Assembly (NCBI GenBank): GCA_003344405.1
Contig: NOWV01000145.1
Coordinates: forward strand, 124,001-188,000
DNA length: 64,000 bases
Direction: 5' to 3'
Source: Trichoplax sp. H2
Lineage: Eukaryota
Notes under the pieces: model-generated
Told to the model about the DNA's origin: nothing
Databases searched by the model: none
What the model saw: only the letters and a program-made list of their open reading frames with translations
In this document: positions 24,101-37,452 of the stretch, piece after piece
Numbering within the stretch: the first letter of the stretch is position 1
Layout: every line of letters begins with the position of its first letter
Made by a program: the position numbers and the translations under genes

Positions 24101-24681
24101 ACCGCTTTCTTTTATCACTATAATCTCCTCTATTAGAGTGGTGTACATATACATGACAAAATTGATCTATGATAAATCAACTCATCATTATAACTTCTAC
24201 ATCATAGTACAAAGAAAAGGTATCATTCACATATAGTACGGTCAAATGATTGATAAATAGTTGATTGGCAGCCCATGCTTTCCAACTTTAATAACTGGAA
24301 TATTGTAGCAAAGCTCAGCAAAAGGGTAACCTTTAACAATAATGACTACTGAACGTGAATTGTCTTTTACCTCCTTTTATAGATAACTTTAGGTATATGT
24401 ATATTACATGTTACAGCAGGGATAATTGACAAAGTCAATAGCTAGAAGGCAATGTAAGATTCTATGCTGTATATATACACAATACAATATTGAGATATTA
24501 CATTTGCATTGGAAGAAAGACGTTTCACTATCCAGCTATTCTACTCGTAGCGATGGACTACAATGTTGAAGATAGTAATTTAACGTATTTAATGTCAATT
24601 TGATAAAGCAACCACATTGTAAGCAACGGCAATCTCAAAATTTCATAATACAGATATAGTAACATTATTTACTGAGAATAC

Positions 24682-25670
24682 TTATAGACAGATGTCTTTG
24701 CCACTGAACAATTTACTATCAAATTGATGAAATCGTATGTATAAATTTTCATTGCTATCCATTAATACAGTGTAAAGCTTAACACCAACACCACAGGCCC
24801 CATGAATTGTGAAATTACCCGTGGTTCGAATCAATTCGAGATCACCGACGTCAGACATAATCTTTCGGATTCGTTGACCATTATCCAATCTAAACGTCCA
24901 TCGATGCCAAGGACATACTATACAAGGGACTAAACGTTGATCTTCACTGATTAAATTTTCGATGTCACCGAGATGCAGTGGCCCACCTAAGCATAAATAA
25001 TTATATTTAGCAAGTAAAAAAAGCATACAATTTATCATTATCAATACACGATCTGTTGATTCCCTAAAAGTAAATTTGTGGCAGAATACAGAAGGGATAA
25101 CAAGTGTAAAAATTACAGTTCCATTGATAACATACAGTCTACTAAATATCTAGAGGTAACTCTAGCCCAAGTTTTTTTGTACCTAGATGAGGACATGCAT
25201 CTTCTATAGCGTATACAGTCGTACCAAAGCGAAATAAAGCAATTGTAACACAATTCACTCGAACTCTTGTTCCAAATGATTTCTTTTCCAATTTCTTCAA
25301 CGATTCGGATCTGTGCAAGTCCGTGGTCATATCTATCTGCATATTACTGCAGTCCGGTAGATCTACATATTATTTGCATACAAGGAAACTAAATACAGTA
25401 TAGCATTGTGCTGGATAACACTTTTACATCTTGAAAACAGGATACAATGACTCCTATAATGCTTGATAATGCAGATCTTTGATCAAGTAGCTATGAATAA
25501 ATTCTCTCAGATTATATCCGTATAACTACATCATATTAATTGTAGGTTGTTAAAAAATATTGATATTTCGCACAAATACTTTCTTAATGACCAGTGATTC
25601 AGTTACCTGATAGTTGAACTGCTATAGGGAAATCGAGAGTGTCAGAGTCTTGCTGGTGAGTTTTAGCCAT
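24682..25670 (-). CDS. RFESD: Rieske [2Fe-2S] domain-containing protein, 3 exons
   Basis: Exons 25670-25607, 25362-25183 and 24986-24682 join in frame. Ligand motifs CPHLGGPLHLGDIE...PCIVCPWH match the animal RFESD signature. Confidence 0.88.
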
Positions 25671-28600
25671 CTGGCGCAAAAGCTTCAAGTTTAGGTACAA
25701 ATATGTTCAGCTACGAAAAACATCCAACTTTCCTATCAGTCTACACGATATGATTTCAACACTTTTTAATTACGTGATGAATGAAGTATAGCATTTTGCG
25801 GTCCAAACACGTGTCATAAGTTATACTTTGCCATGCTGCACAGAGGAAGCAACTGTACATATCGATAAATTAAATTAAATTCTTAATTTGAATATACAAT
25901 ATATAAGCTTTCTGCACTACCAAACTGATGCTACTCTTGAATGTTGACATGGAGAGGAGTGGGAATAAAGTGTCAAACGTGCATTTAAAACGATTGTACA
26001 GATTCATAGCTTTTTACTTATAACACAGAAAAGTCAATAAAAGGCGATAAATTTCATTAGCAATACAATCTAAAGACTGTAAGGCTCCTGTACTAACAGA
26101 TTAATGTTATTTATACTCAGTAAACAGCAACTCTGAATATTCGCTACCCTCTGCAAGTCAAAGACGATTAGTAATTATAATTATGGATAAATTCTATTGT
26201 GTAAGCTTAACAATTTAGAGCTGTCCACTGTCCAGAATTATTTCGATATGGAATTGTCCAAATGGAACTTGTTTAATTAACTAGGTGTATTCTGGACAGC
26301 TCTACTGAACATGCCTTAACGTACATCTGGCTCCTGCAGTCGTCTATGGATAATATAATCTATCGTTTTAAGTTGACTACGCAACAAGTCTACGAGAAGA
26401 GTATTTACTTGTAATTACACATGTTTGACAATTCACCAAGCACAGCTGTGTAGTGGGAAAGTGATCGTAAAACCTCTAACTTAAAAACATTCACTATCAG
26501 CCATAATAAATAAATTATAATTAATTACAACATAATGCATCATAAAATAGGCTTACTTCAGTCTACATCGAATAAAATCAAATTAAAGAACAATACACTC
26601 ATTTCGGAGCATTTCCATACTACAGTATTTCATAAGGTATGCACAATATTGTACTGTATGCTGGACATAATGAAACGAGTGATAACAAGAAATTACCGAT
26701 TTACCTTTACCTCCTACTGTAAGAACACCTTGGTTTGCTGCGAGTATTTTTCAATTAAATACTATACATAATATAGTTTACAGCACAGTATTAATGAAGT
26801 AGAGTATATTGACGTCCTAGGATAACATTTTACTACCGTAATGCCCTGCTAAGCAATTACAGCATTCCTTTATATTTCCTGTTACACGGTAATGCAGAGA
26901 AGAAAATGAAAAATTTCCCTATCCAGCAGACTAGTAAACTAATAACTTATTTCTTTGACTAAGTACATTTTGCCTTTTATTTTCATATAAGATTGAAGAG
27001 ATAGCGCGCTATCGCTAGCATTCAACTTGTTGATATGATTCAGCGAAGCAGACGCTAGACGCCACAGCGGCTAGACAGCCACCAGACAAGAAATTGCACT
27101 CTAGTTCTCTATTCGCTATTTCAATGTGCTGAATAAATGGAGGAGAGTCTGGATGAGCTGTCTACGAGAGCTTGATCAAGGTAAAAAGATAAGAATGTTG
27201 GCCTTAATTTAATTAAATTAAAATGCCAAATCATAAGAATGCTATAATATCTTTTGCCGAAGCTGTGGAGCTGTGACACTGGTAAAAAGTTAGCTACGTA
27301 CAGTCAAATTCGTGATCGAAGTATTCGTATAAAATAAAATAAAATGACCCCACATTTCTTCAAAAGCAAAAAATTATCCCATAAACCCTACTTCAGGTCA
27401 TGGTAAAATCGAAGCAGCTTTGGTCGTCAAGGACGTACTGTAAATTACTTGAACAGGGAATGTGGGCGTGCTGTACTGTATGTGTACAAAAGCTGAATTA
27501 AAAACACCCTATTTGAGTTACAGTATGCGAATTTTTTTATCCGAGAAAAGTTTTTACAGATTAGAGGTACTGAATCAAGCCGGCATATGGTCTCCAACTT
27601 TGGCCCTAATGGTAAATTACTGCAGCAAAGATTGATTCAATGCAACTGCAAATATTAAAATGTTGCTGCTGCAAGGGCGCTGTCAGTAAATTTGTTAAAC
27701 ATCTCCAGCTTACAGAGTTGTACAATTTGAATTGGCCTTCAAAGTCGGGATTTTATTGGTAACTACTCAGGGGAAATCTTGCTATTTCTACTGCATTCTC
27801 TGACGGTAACTTAAATATGGGATGGATCTGTCACTGTAAATAAGACTAAAAGAGATACAGGATAAAATTGCATGCTTAAAATATAAAAGTAAGTAATGAT
27901 ATTAATTAATTTTAAAGGTTAGTAACTTCATACGTACTGTATACTCATAGTCTGGAACTGATAGTAGCTCGCAGAAAAGTACTAGAAGGCAAAGCTTCTA
28001 TATCGGAAAATCTGGATCGGAGCTGATATCGATAGGACAAAAATGGAAGGATAGGGCTAATTCTGGCCGATGATGATCATTGACTATCAGCGACAACTGT
28101 GCGATAGCAAGCAACACATGTGTCTAAGCTCGTTTACCAATTACTAATAAAAGTTTTTTACAAATAAAAAATGTAAACTTTAAACTGCAACATGCAGTGT
28201 TTAATGACCCACATGCTCCATGCGGTCAGATCAATAAGAATCTGGGACAAATCTACAAAAATACCCGATAAGTCAATATTGCTTTATGAAAATAATAAGA
28301 AATGGAATAAATTAATTTTTAATCTATCATTACCATACTGGAGGTAAATTAAAATCAGATCAAATTCTTGTTGCTATCATGATTTGTGGGGTCGATTTCA
28401 CAACCGGCTTTTATGAATTCTTAAAAAATGATGACAAACATTCGATAGGATTAAACGTTGCCGTATGCCAATTCATCGACTAATGATAATAAAACGCATA
28501 TAGCGCGGGAAATCCTATTACTGGCTAATGTACACTTAGTGTACAGCATCAAAATAAAGTTTGCCGTGCCAATATGCGGTCACTGCTACAAGATTTTTTT

Positions 28601-30164
28601 TGCTGTTAGTTTAGATCACTTGGCTAAAAGGCTTTACAGAACAATAATGTTTCAGTGAGTAATTTACTGTCGATTAATTTATACTGTAGCTTACTGCTTT
28701 TTAGTTCATTAATTATTACGGCAAGTACTGTACAGTACATTGCTAGGAACAATTTTGGAAGCTATCAATAGAAATCATGGGCAAATATCTTAATATGGAA
28801 ACATGATGTGATACTTGGGATTTTTCTCCTTAAATCGCTAAGCATATAAAATAAATCTAGGGAAAATTAACGATATGCCACTATAAAATTTAACTTCAAT
28901 TTTGAACCTTCAGCTACTCTGCTGTCCTAAAGACTGGCAAATAAAAATTTTAACGACTGAATCAATAGGACTTTCTAAATTACTTATTGGGCTTTCCTTA
29001 GTAACGGCATAAATCGTCATGGTGGTGGCATAATAATAGCAAATATAAACTCACTATGCCAGACATGAGGTGATCCAATTCAGCTACCGAGAAGTATCGG
29101 TTCCAATCTACTCGAATCAGTACTGCAATAATGGTTATTTTGAACGCCTATTTCACAAATAAATCATCTAAGCGTGTTGTAGACAATCAGTACCATCGTG
29201 CTAAAAGTGTATGTGGATTTATCGATGGCCATTTGCGTTAAGAGGATTTCATCTTCATTTCTATAGCAATGAATTATTAACTAGATCGCATAGGCATACA
29301 AATTACCGTTTTGACTAGCATTCGACTGGAAATACTTGAAACAGTATACTGAATTGTGCTCAATTTGTTTTCAAATACGAATTACATTTAAGAAATGCTC
29401 GAGTAATTAATATATAACATATATATATATAATAAATTATATTACTACTAACGCTATTGAAGAAAAGCAAAGACGATTGATCCAGTATTCACCTTTTAGT
29501 TACATCATTTATTTTAGGTTATCCATTCAAACTTTTTGAATAGATTTCAGACAATCTACAAATTAGTCTCAAATTGTATGAGATTTGTTGAATCGCTAAA
29601 ATGTAAAATTGAGATAACCGTATATTGTATCAATATACTCAGTACCGAGTACTTGGTTATGTTACAATCTATAATACTCGTATAAATATACAAAGTGCAT
29701 TAATTATATATTATAGATGCATATTCCTCTATCATCGGCGACGAAAGAGGTAAGATAGGGCAAGCGTATGCCTTAGACCAATCATTAATATAAAACAGCT
29801 ATCTCTATGCATGTATAAATAATTTATAGCTGTAAAATATAGTTTCCTTTTTCTGCCTTCCAAGAGTGAATTGATTAAAATTCGAGCAGGATTGAAACCA
29901 ATGATAAATAATTATAACATGTATATATACTGTACAGTATACAGCCTGATATTCATGAAAATCACTGGATTTAAAATCAAGGTTAATATCGTATAATACA
30001 AAGCTGACAAGATCAATAGAAGCAAGTCTAATGAATTATGTATTATAAGAGGTACAATGTAATATTAACAAATCTTGGCCAACATGATTTTAATTTCTAA
30101 TATAGTACACAAGGGGAAAATAGGTTAATTAGGATGAAGAAAGTTAATAAGCATTTCCAACCAA

Positions 30165-33100
30165 TTAAATACTATATACTTCGCTGGAAATTTTGTCATA
30201 TAAGGCTTTAGAAGCGCTACTTGTATTTCGATTTTGGTAAATAGATCCTAAACTACCCTGAATTTTTGACAATCTAACATTTGTTTTAGTGACATCATCA
30301 GCTATTACATCGTCTTCCGCATCATCATACCCATATGCTACGTTATCTGATCTCATGCCTCGTTGGCGCCTTCTTAAATAAGGTCGGATGCCATTATCAT
30401 CAGCATTATAGCTACTTATGCTAGCACTATCTTCATCACCAACGATAATTTGCGGGCGTAGAAATTTTTGCCTAATTTTGTCGTTAATTAAACTATTCGA
30501 TGACGTTCGAGATCGACGAATAGGTTCTAAATCATTACCATTATTTTCGTTACTATTGACTCCACTATCACTAGTTGGTGTTGCTAGCCCCTGGCGCAAA
30601 TCTTGAACTCGTTGTCTAAACCGTTGTAAAGTAGAACTACTCTCCCTGGGAATAGCATCGTCCAACGGTTGTTCCTTAGTTGTGGTGTGATGTATTTTTG
30701 TAGAATTGGAAGAAGTAAAGCTTAAAAAGAGAGAGGAAGGTCCAGGAGCTGGTGTCGATAATCGATCTGATGTTTCCCTCTGCCTATTGATACTATCGGC
30801 TTGGCCAGGCCATTTCGCCCACCCAGATGATCCTTTCTTTGTCGCTGGCATTTGTGCTAAATCATGACCTTTGATTTTAAGCAATGTTTCATTGAGAGTC
30901 ATCGATTTAAATCCTTGCCAGTTTTCAAATTCAGTGTAGCGTCGACATAGTTCTTCATTGCTAGTCAACCTACCGATAAATATGATCAAATAGGAGATCA
31001 AATTGGAGCTACAACTAATTATTGATCCAACTATTGCTAAGTTTAAATTAACAAGCGCTGCATCATTATGTCTAATAGCTAATATTGCCTTAACGTTGAT
31101 TGCATTTATATCACTGCATAATAAAGTTTGGTCTTAATAATTTCTTACATGATAGGATTCTTGGATTCCAATTTAATGATATTCAACCACCCTGAAGGTG
31201 CCATAAGTTTTAGCCTTTTCTTTGATATTCGTAATATTTTTGCACCGGCACTGACTAATGTAAATCCAGGGGCATTTTCGTCAGATAACGTCAATAAATC
31301 CTTTGAGTAATATTAGATAAAATTAAATTAGTCATTTATAGCTTCTTAATTGCATAAATAAATCATTCCTTAATTGGTAAGCGATAGAACAACAAAAATC
31401 ACATTATCAATGTTAAAATGCAATTGACGATCAACATATTACATATTGAAAATTTTTTCTACATTTTTAAATAACAGATTACTTTTCATGATAGACATTT
31501 AGTGCTTTGCAATGCATAGTCGGAAAATGATATGTACAAGAATTTAACTTACACATGCATCACCACGTTTTAAACTCCCAACATAAAGTAAGACTTTAGA
31601 GTTCAAGTGAGATTTTGTTCCTGTTTTCACTGATGCCGAAAGTGGGGTGTTGAGACGCTGCCCTGGCTGGATACAAGGTTTTTTAACTTCTTTGGGAACT
31701 TTATTTAAATCAACTTCTCTTAGGCAATCACATTTCCCCTACCATTCATTAAAATGACAATATCACAAGTAAATCAATCACCAACATATTAAAATGATAT
31801 TCACAATAATTAATAGGCTGGCTATTTTTATAACTATTTAATGATTCTATTTATTATAAATTAAACGTAAAATAATTAATTTAATTTATTTTATGTAACA
31901 AACCTCCATAAGAAAGTTAATTGATAACGATGATGTCGTATTGCAATCAATGATTTTTCCATGTTTGTACTGAAAAATTTAAGGATATCATTTTATAATC
32001 AACAAATTAAATTCACAATCATTAAATTAAAGCTCTCATTAGCAAGAACACAGTGATTAGAAATGGTGTAAAGGATAATTAATTACAATGATAACCAATG
32101 CTACGTCAATAGCAGTTTTCGACTACTAATTTAGTAAAGGAATACCTCACGCAATTGTGCTTCAAAGCATATTTCGCTTAATAATTCATCAGACCAATCA
32201 TTAAATATCTTAAACAACCTGCAAGAAATTATAAAACTGGGGTTAGTGTTTCTTGAAGTAATAAAGTATGCATGATACTACCCATAGTTATACCTTGTCT
32301 TTTCGATCTTAGCCTCATGTTCGCGTAAAAATTCATCAGCGCAATACTTTTGAAAGATTCTATCGTCGATGGAGAGTAGTTCTACGTTTTCTCTTGCTTT
32401 TACAGTAGCGGTTCGTCGTTTGGTTTTCGATATCAATGCAAGTTCCTTTAACAGACCAGTAGTAATATAATTTATTAATTATTTCATTCCTTATAGACAA
32501 GGATCGTACTATTATAAATTGGTTATTAGTGATTGTATCACCAACTTACCCCAAAAGAAACACCAGAGGTGAGAATATTCTCCATTCTACTATAAGTTTT
32601 TCCCTTCGAATCTGGTTCTTCAATGGATACTGATAAGGAGCCATGAAATATCATATAAAAGCAGAATCCCTCGTGGCCTTGTCTCAGAACGACTCGCCCT
32701 TCTTCATATCTGCAATAATGAGAATATTCCATAGGTCATTACCTCAATCGCCGAATCACACACCTTTGAAGGAATTATATCTACTTTGCGCTACTATTAT
32801 GTCAAGTTATTACCTGCAAAATTCAAAGTGGCGTACCAATTCCATTTGCACATGATTAGGAAATCGATCGAAACAGCCAAGACCTCGAAATAAATTTCTT
32901 AAATTTAATAGATCTGTATGTGAACGTGATTCGGGTGCTGACCACAATACACTTCTTGCCCATTGAGGCATATGCATCTATAATATTTCAAAAGTAGAAT
33001 AAGATACAGTAGAGCAGATTATCCTAGCATAAAGTGGTATATCGTAACTATTTATTCTTCATCGGCAAATACTAAGATGGAGCTATCTACTTACAGTTCG

Positions 33101-34375
33101 AGACCGAGCATATTCTTTTTTACTAAAGGCTAATGATTTTGATCTTCTATTACCATTGTCCACAGTATAATAGTTAAGGTCAATAAACGATGAACTATTA
33201 TTCTTAAATGCATATTCTTTCATGCCTGTACAGACACGAATGAACAATCTCACGATACGACATAGTTTGATAAATTTTACGCGTACCTAGACAGTAAGAA
33301 GCAAATGTGTGATTCAGTTAAATTTTAAATTACTAATCATAAATGTAGTTTTGTAAATATAATATTTACATCTTTTATAGCAAATCAGGCGGTAGTAAAA
33401 TGTTTTCAAATTTTTAATATTATAAAGGTATCAATGTTAAATTTTAGCGGTTGAAGGAAGTGGAAAGTGTTGAAATAGAATTACTCTAAGAATATTCGCG
33501 TAGCTATGCGATTTACGTTCTAGTTGTGCTATTTGTGAAAAGGATTGGCCTACAAAGAATATGCCTTTTGTCCTCTAAATAAGCCGTACCGGGTTTAAGC
33601 GTGTTTCAATTTCATCGGCATTTTTGCAACCGTTAGGATCCTCTTTCTTGTCTGCAGCTTCCACTTTATCAGCCCAAGTAGCTAAGCTACGTAAATACCT
33701 ATCACTAATATTCGTTCCATTTGTATAGGAAGAAATTTTTCTTCTCGAGGAATTCTTCTTGTCTTCTCCGGCTGTAGTGTGTGATATTCGTCTATTTGAT
33801 TTATTTTGATCCTTTCTAGATGATTCGGTCAATGATACTCTTCCACGTTTTGTCATAGATAGCGAATCGGTACTATTATTAGCACGATCTCCAAAATTAA
33901 AACGTTTCTGAGTTGTTTCATCAAATTTAGGCAATGGAGTCATTAATACTGCTGCAGGAGAAGGCCTTCGATCAATTGGTGTAGTGCTCGAGCTTGAACC
34001 AACGCTGGTTCTTTTATTGTGAAATGTGGATACAGGTAGACCAGCATCATTAACATCGATGGTCATAACACGTCTACCTCGTTTTCGATCGAAATGTAAT
34101 TGTAATTCTTTCTTTTGATCACCAAAGGATTGACTTTTTCTAAGTGGATGATTTCTATAGCCGGCATAACTTTCATCGACTTCTTGTAATTGTATTACTT
34201 GATCCTCTTCATCTTGATCATAATCTTGATCGACCGAGTAGATGCTGTTTTCAGAATTAAAATTTGTAAAAGTGGATTGAAAGCACGATCCTGCTGTTCT
34301 AGGCCGTTGTCTCGAAGTTTTAATATCTGTTAGTAGTTTTGACAATGTATTTTGAGAATTTTTTGTACTATTCAT
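30165..34375 (-). CDS. Cyclic nucleotide-binding domain-containing protein (CNBD2-like), 10 exons
   Basis: Exons 34375-33590, 33286-33095, 32977-32814, 32709-32550, 32445-32294, 32218-32146, 31969-31904, 31738-31553, 31300-31149, 30969-30165, all GT-AG and in frame. cNMP domain: YEEGRVVLRQGHEGFCFYMIFHGSLSV...SGVSFGELALISKTKRRTATVKARENVELLSID. A second degenerate cNMP-like segment and long low-complexity termini are present. Confidence 0.85.
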
Positions 34376-34853
34376 ATTGTAGGATTAATCTTCTTGTCTA
34401 ATGAATAAAATTAGACCTTTCTTACGAAGGCCTAAGCGACATTGATACCCAATGAACTATCCAAATTATCTATCAATCTCCTTAGTTAGCAATAAAAAGT
34501 GCAAACCTCGTACAACACTTATGATAGCTTCGAAATGGATCATTCAATTGCAACATCCATCAAGAACCCTCATGTGTATATTCTTTCTCAAATTTGCCAG
34601 TATTAAAAGTTAAGATTCTTGAAAAGATACTTTATGATAATACCAATAAGTTTTCTGGTGGATACAGATGCTATTGATAATTGAATGGTTTTAAAATCAT
34701 TTTCCATGTAAGGTTTCCAACTGCGATGATATTTTTCATCTTGTTAATTAATTCTATTACATTCACAACGGTCCTTGGTGTCCACAATAACAACTCGAAA
34801 TCTGTGAGAGCAACAAGTTACTATATGAAATCATTATTCACCTATTGTACTTG

Positions 34854-34867
34854 GTTGCAATGGCAAC
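34854..34867. promoter_or_regulatory. RFX X-box upstream of the CNBD2-like gene
   Basis: GTTGCAATGGCAAC is one mismatch from the palindromic X-box GTTGCCATGGCAAC and lies ~480 bp 5' of the ATG at 34375. Confidence 0.6.
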
Positions 34868-36264
34868 GTTTTTTCTATTCTCATTTAAATTATATATTTA
34901 TATATGCGTTTTATTGGCTTAAGCTTAGCCTTATTCTAGAGCAATAAATTGTCTGTTCTTTAACCTTGCTCTAATATGTTAATTTCGATTCAATCTATCC
35001 ACTGAATATTAATAGTATCATTTTATGATAGAAAAGCATCCAATTGTTCATCTATTTCAACAGTTGACTGAATCAGAATGAATCTGATGATATTAATAGA
35101 TACTTTTAATAGCGTTGTATTGTATAATATAGGATGAGTACCATTATAACAAATTAGCTACTAGTTAAAACTGTTCTCGAATATGTTGGCAGCAGTTTAT
35201 TAATTTTAGGGTTGATGCTAATACTTATGTAACAATTTTTAGTAAATTTATTGTCCAGACACTATCAAGCGATCATGACAAGCAATCTTAATTACGTTTT
35301 GTTGCCTATAGAATGCAAAATCATCTATTTTCAGCGATAGAACGTTCTACACTTTGATTTTCTTATTATCATCTTATACTCAAATTAGTAGCTACCACAC
35401 TGTTCTCTATGTTCATTCGACTTCGGCAGCGTCGGAAAGGTAGATTATTCAATCAAGTAGTTATCAAAATAGCAGAACCTCGTTATTACTCAAGTACTGT
35501 ACGAGTATATACAGAGGATTGCAGGCAATAATTTATACCGGATAACGAGATTTTAATTTGCATGCTGTAAGCGTTTCATGCTGTTTACTTTAATTGCCCA
35601 ATTAGTCTGATCAGTAAACTAAAATATCAAATACGGCAGTTGTCAATTGCCCTATAATTAAAATGAATAACAGCGTGATATCATTTCATTGGTGTTTATT
35701 GCACGATAGAATGGGCTGAAATCGCCGTCATTCGTTGTTTACCATATCTAAGTTTTACGGGTAAAGATAAACCGCTGTGATCTTGCTAATCCATTTATTG
35801 CTGAAATGGGACAATGACTGTCTTAATTTAAAATTTATAAATAATCACCAGAATAGAAGACAAAAACGTTATTAGCTAATAATAATTTAATCTACCGCAA
35901 TACAATAGAAATAATAGACTGCTACTGATACAGGGCGTCGTGCATGATGGTTAACACCAGTAACAAAGAGCATTCCTTAATAAGTTGGATGATGACTGCG
36001 GATTGGACTTTGTAGTAGAAACAGTTGTCCATTGTAAAGAAATTATAGCGGCTAGAAGAGAAGTCTAGACGTTAATTTCATGGTTTCAAGATAGAAAAGA
36101 TACTGTTGGTAAATCATCATTACAATATTGTTAGGTCAGATCCTCGCATTGAAGACAGTTTAAAATCATTGAGAACAACTAATTTCATCAACCTCAAACA
36201 AAGAAATTCTTACCAAAAGAACATCTATTGCTAAAGTAACCTGATAATACACCTATAACAATAT

Positions 36265-37452
36265 ACTGGTATAGCATAGAAAAGTATCGTAATCCTAAGT
36301 TAATACATAAAAACTATACAGAGATGGAATAAATTTTAGATGATTGCGTCTATTAGTTGAACATGCTAATAGTTCATTTATAATAATATTCGTAGTCTAC
36401 AAGCAAAGCATTTATACTAATAAGTTATTACAGATGCATTAGTCTGGCATCGATTGTTGAATTACTATCCATAAAGTATGCGAATGTATCGTAATCCGAA
36501 GTTAACAGATGAAAATTACGCAGAAATGGAATATATCTTTAGGTGATTACGTCTATTACTTAAGCACACTAATAATTCATTTATTATAATTTATTAGTCT
36601 GCATGCAAAGCTTCATACTACCGGTAATATATTATTAAAGATGTATTAGTCTGTGAATCGATTGTTGAATCACTATCCGTATAGCATACAAAAGTACCGT
36701 AATCCGAAGCTAACAGATGGAAGCTACGCAGACATGGAATACGTTTTTAGATGGTTACATCTATTGATACATTTAATAAAAATGTATTACGTCTGTTGCT
36801 TGAACAAGTTAATAATTCGTTTATAATAATTTACTAGTCTGCAGGCGAAGCTTTTATTCTATCGATAATATGTCATTACAGATGCATTAGTCTAGGTATC
36901 GATAATTGAATTACTATCTATAATTCCATGTAACATATAAATGTATCGTGATCTGGAGTTAACAGATGGAACTTCGCAGAGATGGAACCCATTATAGATG
37001 ATTATATCTATTGATACATTTAAAAATGTATTATATTTGTTGCTTGAACACGCTAACATGCTAATATTTCGTATATAATAATTTACTAGTCTGCAGACGA
37101 AGCTTTTACACTATATATTAATTATTTATTACAGATGCATTAATCTGGGTATGGATTGTTGAATTACTATCCATATACCGTACATTAATACATAAAAGCT
37201 ACGTAGAGATGCGGTATATTCTTAGATAATTAAATCGATAGTGCCAGTAAGCAAAAAATCTATCTATAATAATATGCTAGTATCCATGCAAAGCCTTGTA
37301 GTAATATGTCGTATTATTATAGATGCGTTAGTCTAGACATTGATAGTTGAATTACTATACATATAGCATATCAATGTACCAGTAATTCGAAATTAATAAG
37401 GGATATAAACTACGTAGAGATGACGGTACACTCTTAGATAATTACGTCTATC
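36265..37452. repeat. Diverged tandem array, about 6 copies of a ~200-250 bp unit
   Basis: Recurrent blocks gtatcgtaatcc-gaagttaacagat (~36284, 36486, 36693, 36943), attacagatgcattagtct and gattgttgaattactatcc, continuing to ~37450. Confidence 0.85.

Noticed and set aside
26000-30100. Hidden gene between RFESD and the CNBD2-like gene
   Set aside because: The short ORFs lack motifs, and the frames I tested close quickly. Tiny exons cannot be fully excluded.
35419-35435. cttcggcagc resembling the U6 snRNA 5' end
   Set aside because: Only 10 nt match and the downstream U6 sequence is absent.
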